DNA of 64,000 nucleotides from Octopus vulgaris (GCA_951406725.2 OX597832.1:12214001-12278000); one strand, 5' to 3'; positions 27,175 to 41,604 are shown, counted from the stretch's first letter. Translations and numbers: made by a program. The notes: generated from the letters alone by a model not told the origin.

Positions 27175-27199
27175 CTGTCTGTCTATGTATCTATCAATG

Positions 27200-28020
27200 C
27201 ATCCATCTTTTTATGACAGACTGGCTTTTTTTTCGCTGGGCACAGATCTCATTTGCGGACCCATGGGCGAATGCAGATCATTGAGATTGTAGGGCGTGAC
27301 ATGTTCAATTCGTGTATACCCACCATGGGTGCTCATAACAGCCATATACCATCAGTACATGGGCTGCATGAGGCGGTTCATAAATGCTTTTGGCACCTGT
27401 ACCCGCATCTTCAGGAAAGCTGCCTTCAGTTCCACACGAGTTGTCGGCGTTGAGTCCCCCTGGTTCAGCACTCTCTAGATTTCATCCCATGGGTGTTCAG
27501 TTGGTTTCAATTCTGGGATGAGAACCGGCTATGGCATGGTTCTGATGTTGTGCTGACCGTGTGGGAGGGAGCATTGTCCTGCTGGAACACCTGGCTATGG
27601 TGACGCACGAAGAACTGCACGACGTGAGATATTAGGATATGTTAATCGTAGTGCTGCAACGATATTTTGGAACACATAGGGCACAGTTCTCCGATTCAGG
27701 CTTTAGCACCCCCAAACCATGACTCTTTGTCCACCACACGCGTCTCTCTCCATAACACATGCATCTCTATAGCGTTTTCCCCTCTTACGACAAACCATCA
27801 CTCTGCTATCAGAGGTGGAAACGCAGTACTGGGTCTCGTCAGAGAAGCCTATCAACTTTCATTGTTGATGCTGCCAATGTCGGTGCTGTGTAGCCAACTG
27901 TAGTCGTGCTTGACGGTAGCGGGTGGTGAGGACAAGCCCTCAAGCAGGACGACGGCAACGCAGATTGTTGGCAGCCAGTCGACGTTGTACTGTGTCGTCA
28001 CTGATGACTCGCTGCCCAGT
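27200..28020 (-). pseudogene. Decayed Tc1 (DD34E) transposase catalytic region
   Basis: Minus strand FSDETQY, VMVWGA, VFQQDNAPSHT and PELKPTEHPWDEI with stops and frameshifts. Confidence 0.85.
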
Positions 28021-28312
28021 GTCTATGGTACTCCTTCTCCACCCTTATCTTCCATTTTAGGTGAGAGGATAAGAATTTTACCAGACCAAGGCAGGAGATG
28101 AAAGTGCCTGTCACAATACATTTCGCACAAACCTTCCGCATGACCTCTTTCGCAATAGCAACTATAGTGAGAAGGACATGCCTGACTCTCTTCGTCAAAG
28201 GTGGAAGAGGGATCAATAGCAGAAGGCATTTGACGAAGGTGCCACTCAATGGGACTGAACACGGAACCGCCTGATTCTTAACACACAACCACGCATATAT
28301 ACACATACACAG

Positions 28313-28357
<45 letters not shown>

Positions 28358-28358
<1 letters not shown>

Positions 28359-28587
28359 AGGCTGCGAGCTGGCAGACGTTAGCACGCCGGACGAAATTCG
28401 TAGCCGTATTTCGTCTGCCGTTACGTTCTGAGTTCAAATTCCGCCGAGGTCGACTTTGCCTTTCATCCTTTCGGGGTCGATAAATTAAGTACCAGTTACG
28501 CACTGGGGTCGATGTAATCGACTTAATCCGTTTGTCTGTCCTTGTTTGTCCCCTCTGTGTTTAGCCCCTTGTGGGTAGTAACGAAAT
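28358..28587 (+). mobile_element. SINE family A, full-length clean copy
   Basis: A-box-like gagctggcaga and B-box-like gagttcaaattcc, central gcctttcatcctttcggggtcgataaattaagtacc, tail ccccttgtgggtagtaa; more than 10 related copies in the window. Confidence 0.9.
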
Positions 28588-29211
28588 ATATATATATATA
28601 TATATATACATATATTTATAAGTGTAAATATCACCGAAGGTGAATAGGTGTATGCTTCACGTGGATTTATATTACAGTTAGCTTCATGTATACGTCTGTT
28701 ACTTTCTATGAATTTGTGAATTTTTGCGTGTGTGTGTGTGTGTGTATTCGCTCGTGTTTTTGTATATGTATGTGTGTTTGAATGGGTACTTGTTCATTTC
28801 AAACAAGATTTTCAGGCATCTCAAACTTAGTTATTCCAAAATTTATCTCGTGGACCTGAAGAACGGTAAAACCTCCATTATTAATTATTTAATATGAAGA
28901 GCACTCTTTGCTTCATTAGCCTATTCTTTGTTTTTCTCTACAATCAGCAAACTAAAGTCAGTGCTTGTTAAATATTAAAATTTGATCATCTTTCAACAAA
29001 TATTTCAATTTCACGACTGAAATTGAATCATGAAACAGTGTATGTATGTATGTATGATTGCATGTATGTATGTTTGTATGTATGTATGTACGTATGTATA
29101 TATGTGTATGTATATATGTGTATGTATGTACGTACGAACGCATATATATATATAGATGTATGTACGCATGTAAGTATATACGTACGTATGTATGTATGTA
29201 GGTATATATTC

Positions 29212-29247
<36 letters not shown>

Positions 29248-29252
29248 TATTA

Positions 29253-29322
<70 letters not shown>

Positions 29323-30594
29323 TATTCATATGTATATATATATATATATATATACATACATACACACATACGCATAGATACACATCTATACATATATACA
29401 CACATATATATACTTATATAGACACAATTTTTTTTGTATATATACATATACTAACATTCATCGTACATACGTACACATGTGTGCGTGTATGTATATGTAT
29501 GTATGTGTGTATGTATGTATGCATGTATATATACGTATGTCTGTATGTACTTGTGTTTGTTTGCGAAAAAGTGCTTTTTTGCTATAGCGTTTTTAAGTAT
29601 TAATGAAAACAGTATCAAGAAAATCGGGAATTAGAGTTAGGGGATGTTAATAAATTATGGAACATATCTTCAACTTTTGAGTGCAGCTAAGGTGATATAT
29701 TTGCCAAATAGCGGATAAACATACAGCCACGTGCAAACGTTCAAATTCTAAACACTTTTGACAAAACAAGAAACGCTAGAAAACATGAAAGAGTTCTGTA
29801 GAGACGGGAGAAGCAGAATAAACAGAGAAAGATAAACAAGGATTTATATACAGACGCGAAACATTGCGGAAGGACCTGAAGTATGTCGAGAACAAAAGCA
29901 AATTTGTAGGTGTGAAAGTTTTATATAGGAAAGTGATACGAGAGAAAACCATGAAGTGGTGAAAATATTGTTCAACACTATGCTTTGCAATCTATATAAT
30001 ATGTTTTGTTGAGAAGAAGCCAAACAATGTTATCGTAGAGAATGCAATTTCTGGAAATGTATGAAGAGTGCTGTGATGATGTACGTATTCGGAATTGAAT
30101 CAAAGCTAAATAGTTCGCAATGAATGAAATATGAGGACACTGTTATATTCACAATTTCATATTGGATCAAAGCCAAATTTTCGATGTTGGATATTTATAG
30201 GCAATTTTTTCCGATAACATTACTTCTCAGGTATTTACATTATCGACCTTAGTGTTGGTAATGTGCAAAATTTATCCGTTTCCGCTTTTGAAATCCACCT
30301 GTATAACACCACATAAACAGTTTTATATATATTTTCGCCATTGCTACGAAATTTGGCAGTCGAATTCGAATATTCCATTTCCAAGAGACAATTTAGCGTG
30401 CACTAGAATGTTAGATAAAAATGAGGGATCAGATGGCATTTGAATATCTAGAAGTCAGAGATAACAAATTCGTAGAAATATAAGTAGGAGCTAATTAATA
30501 GCATTGGACAATCGCCACGTTAAACCAGACAAGTAAAATTTTGCTAATTCTTTCACATGTAAACCCTTCATTATAATAATAAGGATTTTAAATT

Positions 30595-30790
30595 TTGGTA
30601 CAAGGCCTGTAAGTGAGGTGGGGAATATTCGATTACATCGACACCAGTACTCAACTGGTACGCATTTCATTGATCCCGAAATGGATGAAGGGTAAAGTGG
30701 ACCTCGGCGTGACCTGAACTCAGGACATAAAGGACTAAATACTGCTAAACATTTTACGCGGCGCTCTAACGATTCTTTCAGCTCTCTGCT
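30595..30790 (-). mobile_element. SINE family A (diverged)
   Basis: Similarity to 28358-28587. Confidence 0.75.
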
Positions 30791-31285
30791 TTACTTCATT
30801 ATAATAATAATTTTTATTAGTCCTACTATTTATATTATTCAGTTTCATAATTATAGTAATATATTTTTCATGCCCGAAGACAATCGAAAATAAATAGGAA
30901 AAACTTATAGCCATCTAGTCAAAAGTAAGATGTACTGAGTTAGTTTGATCTAACAAAATTTACAGGAAGAATGTATTGCGTTTTACCGTGCTTACGTCTA
31001 TCTTCAACGGTAATCTATTAGTACTCCTACATTAATAGATGTACATCATTCTCTATACACCAATTACGAACAGAATAGCAAGCACACATTCCAGAATTGA
31101 CGTTATGTGTTTGGTTCAAAAGCTAATGTTTTAAATTCTATAGCTAATTCCTCGGCTTTTTGAGCTTTATTCTCTCTGGCACCATAATAATGTGGTATTA
31201 CAATGTCGATTAGTACTACACTAAGAATACATGATATATATATATATATATATATGTGTATCACACGCATTCTTAAACATTCCTC

Positions 31286-31328
<43 letters not shown>

Positions 31329-32039
31329 CGTATGTTTATGTGCGCGCATGCGTGTATGTACATATTTGTTCTTTTCTTTCATCTTCGGCTTTAAAGATCT
31401 TTAACACATAATGTTAATACTAGGGAAAAAGACAACATGATTACAGAACAGAACAAAGTTCAATATTTCAAATGCGAGGCAATTAATTTAAATAACAAAT
31501 ATTCTTGTTGCTAGACAGGATTAAATCCTAGCTATTTAAAAAGAAAACAAACAGAAAAGTCTCCATTTATATTTCGAACAAACTTAGAACATTGACGTTC
31601 AAATAAAACATTTGTTTGCGTGTTGTTTTTTTGTGTGTCGCTCCAGGCAGACCATACTACGACAGGCCTATAATAATCACTGATAAATTGGCCGTTACTA
31701 TTCCATCTTTTATTCTGTCATAGTTGTTGCGTAGTAACAACTTAAAAGAATGAATCAGGATTCTTTTAAGACGTTTCAGTATGTTTTCAGGCAGATTTTG
31801 CTCATGCTCGTAACACCTCAGAGTCCTCGTGCATGTCCTTCCGGTTACTATGTTTGTTCTTGTCATCGTTTTCATTCGTTCCTAGGTCATTATAAGCAAG
31901 TTTATGATTTAAAAAAAAATGTCTTCTAAATAGAATAATTCTATGAATCATCATATTTCACCAGTGAAGCAATGTTGCACTTTGTGGAGATTTAGCTAGA
32001 AATTCGAGCGACCGCAGTGAGTTAATAATGCATTAAGAT

Positions 32040-32413
32040 GTTGTTGGCACTCCGTCGAATACGTTGATGAGGGTTCCGGTTGATCCGATCAACGGAACAG
32101 CCTGCTCGTGAAATTAACTTGCAAGTGGCTGAGCACTCCACAGACACGTGTACCCTTAAAGTAGTTCTCGGGGATATTCAGCGTGACACAGAGTGTGACA
32201 AGGCTGGCCCTTTGAAATAGAGGTACAGCAGAAACAGTGAGAGAAAGTTGTGGAGAAAGAGTACAGCAGGGTTCGCCACCACCCCCTACCGGAGCCTCGT
32301 GGAGCTTTAGGTGTTTTCGCGCAATAAACACTCACAATGCCCGGTCTGGGAATGAAACCGCGATCCTACAACCGCGAGTCCGCTGTTCTAACCACCGGGC
32401 CATTGCGCCTCCA
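32040..32413 (-). mobile_element. SINE family C, body type 1
   Basis: Minus-strand tRNA-like head ggaggcgcaatggcccggtggttag...ggtttcattccc; (AAC)-like tail. Confidence 0.75.
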
Positions 32414-32499
32414 CTGCATTAAGATATAAAAGTTACAAATTGGTTGATATTGTTTTTATATAGATTCATGGGGAATTTGTTGTTTCTACTGTTGTTGCT

Positions 32500-32868
32500 G
32501 TCGTTGTTGTTGAGCGTAGCGGTCTTTGTCCAGTGAGAGAAGTCCGAAACGTGGTCCTTCGCTATTCGTAAGACCCGCAGAAGAGAAAATAGATCAACCC
32601 CCGACACCGAAGGCATCGACGGATGGATGAATGCGCATGCAGGCTCAGCGGTTGCATAGGAAGTCGGGGACAAGAAACAGGAAGAAAGAGTAAGAGAAAT
32701 TTGGAGCGAAAGAGTACAACAGGGGTCGCCACTTACCCACTGCCGGAGCCTCGTGGAGCTTTAGGTGTTTTCGCTCAATAAACACACACAACGCCCAGTC
32801 TGGGAATCGAAACCGCGATCCTTCGACCGCGAATCCGCTGCCCTAACCATTGGGCCATTGCCCCTCCA
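32500..32868 (-). mobile_element. SINE family C, body type 2
   Basis: Same head of about 175 bp as 32240-32413 with B-box ggtttcgattccc; unrelated 3' body; (AAC)n tail. Confidence 0.75.
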
Positions 32869-33774
32869 CTTGCTGTCGTTGTTTAGCCACAGATAAACCA
32901 TGCATTTGAACGTAGCGCTTGCCAAAGCTTCTCAGCAATTATAATTCCGTCATTCTCTAATATAACTCCATAATATTCTCATTTTTGATATTTATGTTAT
33001 ACTAGAAACTTCAGCTACCATTTCTAATTAGGGTCTTACACTTACTCCGTCGCCCGGAGCAGCTGATTCTTCGACTACTTTTAGCCAAATTCACTTGATT
33101 TTGGACAGGCCTAAAGTTTGAGAAAGAATTTCCACTATTCGTTTCATTATTCCTGGAGTCTCTGATCAATTATGGGTCACGGACGCGGCCTTGCATTTCT
33201 TTAATGATTTAAAGACAAACATCGAAGAGAACTTTCCGTTTGCCTCATCAGTACTGATTCAGCTAGAGTAGTGATTGATAGATAACAAATCTGCGACACA
33301 TTATGTAAGTATTCTAATCGATAGAAATCGTCTGAACATTATGACCAACTTTAAGTGTCTGGGGAAACACTGCTATACATAATAGATCGATATAATAGAA
33401 GTTGTGACAGAAATACTACCAGACATAATGCCTCACAATTAATTTAGTGAGTTAAAAGAAAATTGTTGGAGTTTTCGCAATTAGTGTTTTATTTCAATTA
33501 GTCCAATTCACGTAACGATATAAGGAACTGGTAATTTTGATGATCACACAGACTTTATCGTTGCAGACGTAAAGACAATAGTCGCACAAGTGGGTGAACT
33601 GTAATGAATTCATTACGGAAATCTAAATCAGTCATATTACTAACTAAACCATTAGTTCAGATCGTTAAACACAGCTCTGATTCGGAGTTATTAAGAGATA
33701 AACATACGGCAGTGCCACTAATATAAAATGACAACGATGTAACGATGTTTATACATCCCCCCACACACACAGCC

Positions 33775-33854
<80 letters not shown>

Positions 33855-33985
33855 GTATATATATATATATACGTATATAGATATACGTGTGTATATAAAT
33901 ATATATGTATATATATGCATATATATACATACATATATATATATATGTGTGTGTGTGTGTACATATGTATGCGTGTGAATGTATG

Positions 33986-34016
<31 letters not shown>

Positions 34017-35199
34017 GTGTACATATAGGTACATATATACTGTACTTACGTAAATATACATATATATACTTATGTATGTATATGCATAAGTATATATGTA
34101 TGTATATATGTATGTAAGTGTATATATATAATACATATCATGATCAATTCATCTGCATGGACCTCGCGAGCTCCAAATGATGGAAGACATTCTCTTAGGT
34201 CGCTTTTTGCCAGATTTGTTAAAGCATCGGATATAATGTCTTGTGTAATTTCTTCTTGTTTTATTTCTAATTTTGAATGACGCGGACGTCAACATTGCCT
34301 TTCGTCTTTTCTTGGTCGATATTCCGTCTACGAGTCAAAATCCCGTTGATAGCTATGATGCTCGGAAAAAGGAGTCAAGTCCGCAACAATAAAGAATTGG
34401 GTCCACTTTTCTCTGCAATGAGAGAGGACTCCGATCACCTAAGCATAGTTGTGCCCAGTCCTGTTATAAAGACATTGGATTTGAAGTCAACAAACAATGA
34501 GAATCAAACTCGCCACGCTTTCCCACTCGTACGAAAAGTCATTGGTCAATTGCTTCCGTGATATCTAGGATACTTTCTAGAAAACAACGCATTTCTTTCC
34601 TTAATGCTTTCAATCGCTATTTCGATTTAAGTCTCGTTAAAACGGTGCGAATTTTTTTTCAATATATAACAGAAGGAATACATTTGTTTTAGAGTCTCCC
34701 CGTTGAAACATTTTTGCTAGGAAATGCAGCTTATACAAAATTGATAGTAATATTCATATTGTTACTTACTTTTATACTTCTCTACGCTCTTTGTTTTTTT
34801 ATTTCTATCTGTACCGCATTTTAATGTAAATCAGTTTGCAAATCATGGTATACATATATTTTAGAATAGAATATTTATTGCAGTGTTAATGACTTTGGAA
34901 TTAATATATAATTATCATATGCATTCAGTACAAACGTCTTTGAATCACTAGAACATTATGATGAAGTCTTTGGAAGATGAAAGACAGTAACTTTTGAAGA
35001 CCAAGAAGCAATAAAATGGCTGTATTCATTTGAAGATTCTCTTTTCTGAAATATGTACATGTGCGTGCATTTGTGTGTCTTTTGGAAACAGTAGAATAAG
35101 ATCGAGGATATCTTCTAATTCCTTGTGCTAACACTTTTGTTCTTGGATAATTAACTAACATTCAACATGCAACATCTAGTCGAGTTATTTACCTTTATG

Positions 35200-35600
35200 A
35201 CCTTACTCCGGAGTGTGCGCTATAGTGCTTTTTCCAGGGTCAAGGATGCATTTCCTTTGTATCTTTAACATACGTGTATGTTTCGTGTAGAAAAATCCTT
35301 TCATAGAGTTGTATTTCTTGAATTGATTTGCTGAAAATAATAATGACTTTGAATAGAAGCCGATTTTATATTGAATCTATTCAGAATGTTTGAGTTAATT
35401 TGAAGATATTACTCCCTATGCACTGGGAGATCACACCATTAGTAGCCTGAAAGAACTCATTACTTTGCGGAAGGAAAGAGCTGAAAATGCTAAGATTCTA
35501 TCTGCATGAAGCAAGCTATTATTCACATACACATTGACTGAGAACATGACATACAGAAAACAAACCTTAGGGAATAATGTGTCCATAGCTTTATTGAGGA
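35200..35600 (+). pseudogene. Possible very decayed Tc1 C-terminal remnant
   Basis: ESIQNV*VNLK, SLKELI and LTENMTYR echo NPIENxWxxLK and LVESMPRR. Confidence 0.3.
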
Positions 35601-36029
35601 AAATTTAGAAACGATGGAAGGAAAATTGATGTATTTTCTTTTATTTCCTTTTCAGTGTTATGATCTTCATTTGCTTTATCCGCAGCAATGATTTCAAGAT
35701 ACACATTCAGGTTTTCAAATCTGTGGTTAATGGATGGCTGTATACTTGTATAATGGCAATCAAAAACTTTTCGGCAAGTGATTTAATAATATAAAAAATC
35801 AGGTCTTTATAAAATTATGGCTTTGATGTGTTTTGCGCATTTTCTTTCTTTCTTTCTTTCCTTCTTTCATTCTTTCTTTCTTTCCTTTTTTCATGAGAAT
35901 TTTCTCCTTCCCAGTTCCACTTTGGAATAGCCTATATCTGTTCTTATATCAATTTATTTTGAATGGCAAATGTATAAATGTGTTATAATATATTAATACA
36001 TATTAATACATATATATACATATATATAT

Positions 36030-36095
<66 letters not shown>

Positions 36096-36680
36096 GCGCA
36101 TGTCTGTTTCAAAAAGAAAGAGAATGGCGTTGATAGGCAGTGAGAAAGGCAGAGAGAAAGACAAAGTCGTATAGACTAAGATGGGCATCTATCGATGTGT
36201 TATGATATATAGAGCTGTGATCGAAATAATGATTGTTAAATCATTAATTACTTCTATTGGCACATGGAGATCAATTAATGGGAGGAGATTATAGTCGATT
36301 AATCCGACTCAGTCATGTTTTAGTATGTACTTTAAATGACACTCACGTTATTTGAATTCCGACTCAAGTGAAGACTATATTAGATCGGTAGTATTTTTTT
36401 CGTAAAATCTTATCTCAGTCAAACACAATATAATTAATCAGTAGCAATGGTTAACTGTATAATACCGGTTTCGATGAAATGTAAAATAGTCATCTAAGAT
36501 ATTGATTTGGCAACATACACCTTCTTATATTAAAGAAAATATGTGCATGTAAGTTTATATTTATACACACATACACACACGCATGCACACACACACTCAC
36601 ACAGACACATATTTATATATCGAGAGAGAGAGAGAGAGGCAGATTGATAGACTGACAAATAGACAGATAGATAAATAGTA

Positions 36681-36757
<77 letters not shown>

Positions 36758-38569
36758 TGTTTCTTTATTAGCCATACAGTGTTGGACACAGACGGGAGAA
36801 AGTACAAAGTAGAGCTTTTCTTTTTGGGAAGGGAAAAAATAAGAGGGATATAGAATGATAGATAGATAGATTGATTGATAGATATATCTTTGTGTTTATT
36901 ACATCCACTCTAAATCCTTATATGAAGATTTTTTACTGTGAAGCTTTATGAGTATAAGTAACTGACATATTGGATGAAAAGCAACGAATGCAGTACTGAG
37001 GTTGATATGACCGATTATAAACCGTAGTTCAATGACTGAAACCAGTAGAAGAATAAAAAATAAAATAATCATTTGCAATCGAGTATAAATAATGTCACAA
37101 TATGACATTAAATACAAAAAGCTGCAGATAGCTCTTATACTTATTTAATAGGCGTTTCGAGAGCTTACGCTCAGCTTAAGTATTTGAAACACTAATAACC
37201 GTTTTTGCATCCATATATTTATTGGGAAGAGAGTTTGAGAGCGTAAGAGAGAGATAGAGAGAGGGTAGAAGGAAGACAGAACGAGGGTGATAGTGGATTG
37301 AAGAGTAATATATTTAAATGTGAGAAGCGAGGAAATTATCCTTCTAGGGAAGCAAGCTGCAACATGAACAAAGTGGTTATTTTCCTGTCACTATCCATTA
37401 AGATAATTATGATTTTAATCCTGATATCGTGGGTATATTAATCAAAGTTTGCAGACCATTATCCTCTCACTTCTGCTGTTTTCAACAAGCTATATTATCA
37501 AAAAAACACTTTCATATTGAGAACCATTTATAATACAGATCCCACTCCAAATACCCAAAATGAATGCCTTACGAATTTAGTCGCTGCATAAAGAAACCCT
37601 TCGAAATTTATTCCATTAAATACAACCTAAACATGTTATGATTTTACGATGCCAAATGAGTGAACGACAAGAATGTCACATTCTACTCTATTATTTCCTT
37701 GGAAATCACGCTTACTTTAAGTGTTGTTTACAAACCATTATAGAGATCTCTGCCACCTCTTTCTCTGCATTTATTTATTGTAGTTTGTCTTTAGTTTTAT
37801 TCCGTTCCGTTCATTATGATAACTAACTAGGCGATGGATTGCCAGTAGGAATATTGGCAGGTAAAATACCTTGTGGTATTTAATAACCACACTTTACACC
37901 AAATCAAACTTAGGTCAACCGTTCCTTTCTCCCTTCCCTCTATTAGACAAAACGCTAGTTTTCTTATTTCGTGTATTTCATTCATTAATATTCTGATTTT
38001 CAATGTGAGCGAACGAAAAGGAAAGGAGAAAACATCTTGGTACATTTAGTAAACTTCATTTTATTATGGTTTCACTCGTATTACGATGGCGTTTCCTATG
38101 CTATATCTGAGATCTGTCCACTCGTCTGTCCTTCCCTCTAACTTCTACATTTGTATCTTTTAATTTTCCTTCTTCAGCTGGGACAACGATGAAAAAAATC
38201 TACGCTGGTTTTACAGATTATTTTTTTAAAGTTCAAATTTTGTTGGTACTGGGATTTGTGGACTCAGACATGAACTGAGATAAATGGGTAATGATTCTAA
38301 ATTGTTACTTACGAAAGACATCAGTCTCCGAGCCTATCTATAGACCTAGTAAGTGCTAACTTAAACGGATAAGTTCATGTATTTCTACTCATCAAATTAT
38401 GTCTGACATATTCTTCAAATCTCTTCAGACTCAATGATTAAATTTGTAGATTGCAGTATTTGTTTTAAATATTTTAGATGTATCAAAGGCTGGGAAGATG
38501 CATGGTGCATACAAGTTTATGTTGTTCTTGACATCATCGGTGGTGTCACCATTATTTTATTTAATCCCT

Positions 38570-38780
38570 AAGGCAGCGAGATGGCTGAATCGATAGCACA
38601 CCGGTCGAAATAAAGCGCTGCATTTCGTCCGCACTTCTGAGTATGCAATTCCGCCAAGGTTGACATTGCCTTTCATCCTTCTGGGGCCGGTGTAATAATA
38701 ACCCGTAAAGCAATGGGTCTCATGTAATCGACTAGCCCCCGCCTCCCCCAAATTATAGGTCTTGTGCCTATAATAAAAAG
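38570..38780 (+). mobile_element. SINE family A (diverged)
   Basis: aaggcagcgagatggc head and ttgcctttcatccttctgggg central block. Confidence 0.75.
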
Positions 38781-40065
38781 GAGTATTTTGTTTAATCCCA
38801 GACATTGCAGATGATTTGTTATATTTTTCTCCCATTTGTGGAGTGGTATATCCAGAAATACACTTTCAAATGGGTCCTTAAATTGTTTAAGAGTTTAGAG
38901 TTTGTTTTGAAGGTAATTTGGCCACTCTCTTTAGCTACTATATTGATCTCGTTTACACGTTTGCATTTCTGGGGTATGATTTAGTCAGGGGCGGAAAAGT
39001 AGCGCCCGTGACCTTTACAAGGGTCTCTAAGTGTAGTGATCATCTGGATCAAATCATGCAGTGGAGTAGGCACCCATAAAACTATCGAGGTCACCCAATT
39101 AGTACTTTGAAAGAGTATAACAGATTGATTCTACAACAGAATAACAGTAAACAACTCTCCGGCCGAGTATCACGCCAGTTTTCACTCACAAGGCTTTTGT
39201 TGACAGGAGATTACAGTATTTAATACTTTCCTACAGTTTTCATGTGGTGTGACTGAAGCAGAAATCATGTTGTTGAGATGTGAACAACTTAACCACTGCA
39301 TGCACCAATTACTTGTAAGATAAATCCATGAAAACATGAATTAGAGAATCTCTCCCATCCCCACTCTCTCTCTCTCTTCTGGTAACTCAAGTATTACTTC
39401 TTAGCGTGTATTTCCTTAACGTGATAGATGAAGCGGAATTTCTACATGTATAGTTCTACAACGACGTATAGTTTGAGAATTTCTTTTCAGATGATATTCT
39501 AACAGAAGAAAGAAAAAAAAAAACGGTGTCATATTTCCAGTGATTTAAACTTTGAAGTCATGATTCAAAATCTGTTAAAAGGATTTTGGATATTTTCCTG
39601 AGGCAAAGAACTTAAGTCAGTCATGACTCATTTTATAAAGCTTGAGAAACGCATTCCTTTCTTCTACTGGGAATATGTTCTGATATAAATCTGATACCCA
39701 CCGTATGAAAACGAGATATGCCCTTCAGCAATATTCGTCATTATTCGACATGAATGAGGAAGAGAGTTTGGTAAGCTTTTATAGGGTGATAATGTTCCTA
39801 ACTGAAGCAAAAGTAGTTTTGATTTACGGAATAGTATGCTATCAACAATGTTTACACCCTTTCTCTAATGACTACTGGAATATCGGACATCTCGTTACTC
39901 TTTGAAGCAAACAGACATTATATATACCTACTCACACACATAAGCATATATGTTCATATATGTATGTGGTTCCTTGCAGACTGCTTATCTCTTACCTTGT
40001 CTACTTGCTTTAATCATTATACTACGGCCATGCTGGGCTGCTGCCTTCAAGTATTTAGCTGAATA

Positions 40066-40662
40066 TATTTCTTTACTGCCCACAAGGGGGTAAACATAGA
40101 GAGGACAAACAAGGACAGAAAAACGGATTAAGTCGATTACATCGACCCCAGAGCGAAACTGGTACTCTATTTATCGACCCCGAAAGGATGAAAGGCAAAG
40201 TCGACCTCGGCGGAATTTGGACTCAGAAGGTAACAATAGACGAAATACCTATTTCTTTACTAACCACAAGGGGCTAAACACAGAGAGGACAAACAAGGAC
40301 AGACAAACGGATTAAGTCGATTACATCAACCCCAGTGCGAAACTGGTACTCTATTTATCGACCCCGAAAGGATGAAAGACAAAGTCGACCTCGGCGGAAT
40401 TTGAACTCCGAACGTAACGACAGACGAATTACCTATTTTTTTACTACCCACAAGGGGTTAAACACAGAGAGGACAAACAAGGACAGACAAACGTATCAAG
40501 TCGATTATATCGACCCCAGTGCGTAACTGGTACTTAATTTATCGACCCCTAAAGGATGAAAGGCAAAGTCGACCTCGGCGGAATTGAACTCAGAACGTAA
40601 CGGCAGACGAAATACCGCAAAGCATTTCGCCCGGCGCGCTAACGTTTCTGCCAGCTCGCCGC
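40066..40662 (-). mobile_element. Tandem trimer of SINE family A (one headed unit, two headless units of about 183 bp)
   Basis: Three near-identical units starting near 40066, 40249 and 40431; only the last carries the head at about 40615-40662. Confidence 0.92.
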
Positions 40663-40699
40663 CGCAAGTGTTTAGTCGAATTAAATACAACTTAAACAT

Positions 40700-40820
40700 G
40701 CAGTTCTATATTTAAGAGATGAGGAATTATGTACATTATTGACATTATTTACATTTGACGATATTTGTCCTCATCTTGTTTGTTGTTAACACAACGTTTC
40801 GGCTGATATAAACTCCAACC
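40700..40820 (-). mobile_element. Probable PLE-type terminal fragment with the 3' half of a hammerhead
   Basis: Minus strand ggttg-gagtttatat-cagcc GAAA cg TT gtgt; the CUGANGA half is absent. Confidence 0.45.
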
Positions 40821-40821
40821 A

Positions 40822-41000
40822 AAAGCTATAGACATGAGCGGAGAGGAGGTTCCAAGGCTTAAGAATATTCTAGATATGAAAGACAGGGTATGAGACTTAG
40901 ATGGGTGATTGACCAAATCATGGTGACCACGAAATGGAGTGATAGGTGGAAACCGCGGTGCCTCTAAGAAGGCAAAGCAAGTAGCAAATTCAGACATCAA
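40822..41000 (-). mobile_element. Old LINE (CR1/L2/Jockey-group) ORF2 C-terminal fragment
   Basis: Minus strand SHTLSFISRI then WNLLSAHVY in a shifted frame, like SFxPRTxxLWNxLPxxV. Confidence 0.5.
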
Positions 41001-41604
41001 AATATTGACGAAATGTTATCTGAAGTTAGGGAATATAGACATTTGAACATAAAATATAAGAGAATAAAGTTTAAGCAGACATGTAAGAAAGCGATCGTGC
41101 GTGTGTAATACACACACTCACATTATACACACACATTCAGGTATTGATCTAGACAATAAGGTACATAGAAAGTTGTGTGTTAGAATTTAATATATTGTAT
41201 TTGCATTCGAAAAATTATAACTTTCCAAAACTTTGTCTTTCGTTATTTCCATGAAAGCAATAAATGAAACACGTAACAAGATGTTTATTCACATATAAAA
41301 TGCCCAAAGAACAAAAATGTTTCCTTTTAGGCGGAATTCAAATATATATAAAATACATATACATACATGTGCGTATATGTATGCACATGTCTATATAAAT
41401 AAACACATAAATATAGCTATAAATACATGTGCGTGTGAGTATGTGTGTGTGTATGTGCATCCTATTTTATTTTATTAATTTTTGCCATATCCTCTTTCTC
41501 TATTTCCTTTCTCTTATTTATAAAATGGTCTTCTAGCTTCATCCTTGGTTTCCTTTCTTGTATTCTGATTATTGTTATCATTATTATTATTATTATTATT
41601 ATTA

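Noticed and set aside
28030-28215. KGGRGI-like peptide suggesting an RTE/R4-type LINE remnant
   Set aside because: One short motif in broken frames is not enough to call.
29640-30000. Possible pogo N-terminal HTH remnant
   Set aside because: Only faint similarity with no continuous frame.
33220-33256. Minus-strand CTGATGA-ggcaaacg-GAAA
   Set aside because: Stem II cannot form and there is no stem I or III.
34140-34720. Possible DD37D transposase remnant mixed with a SINE A fragment
   Set aside because: Too decayed to support beyond a DLTP-like hint.
40066-40662. CRISPR-like or retrozyme interpretation of the tandem units
   Set aside because: Units are whole SINE bodies with no unique spacers, no cas genes and no hammerhead core.
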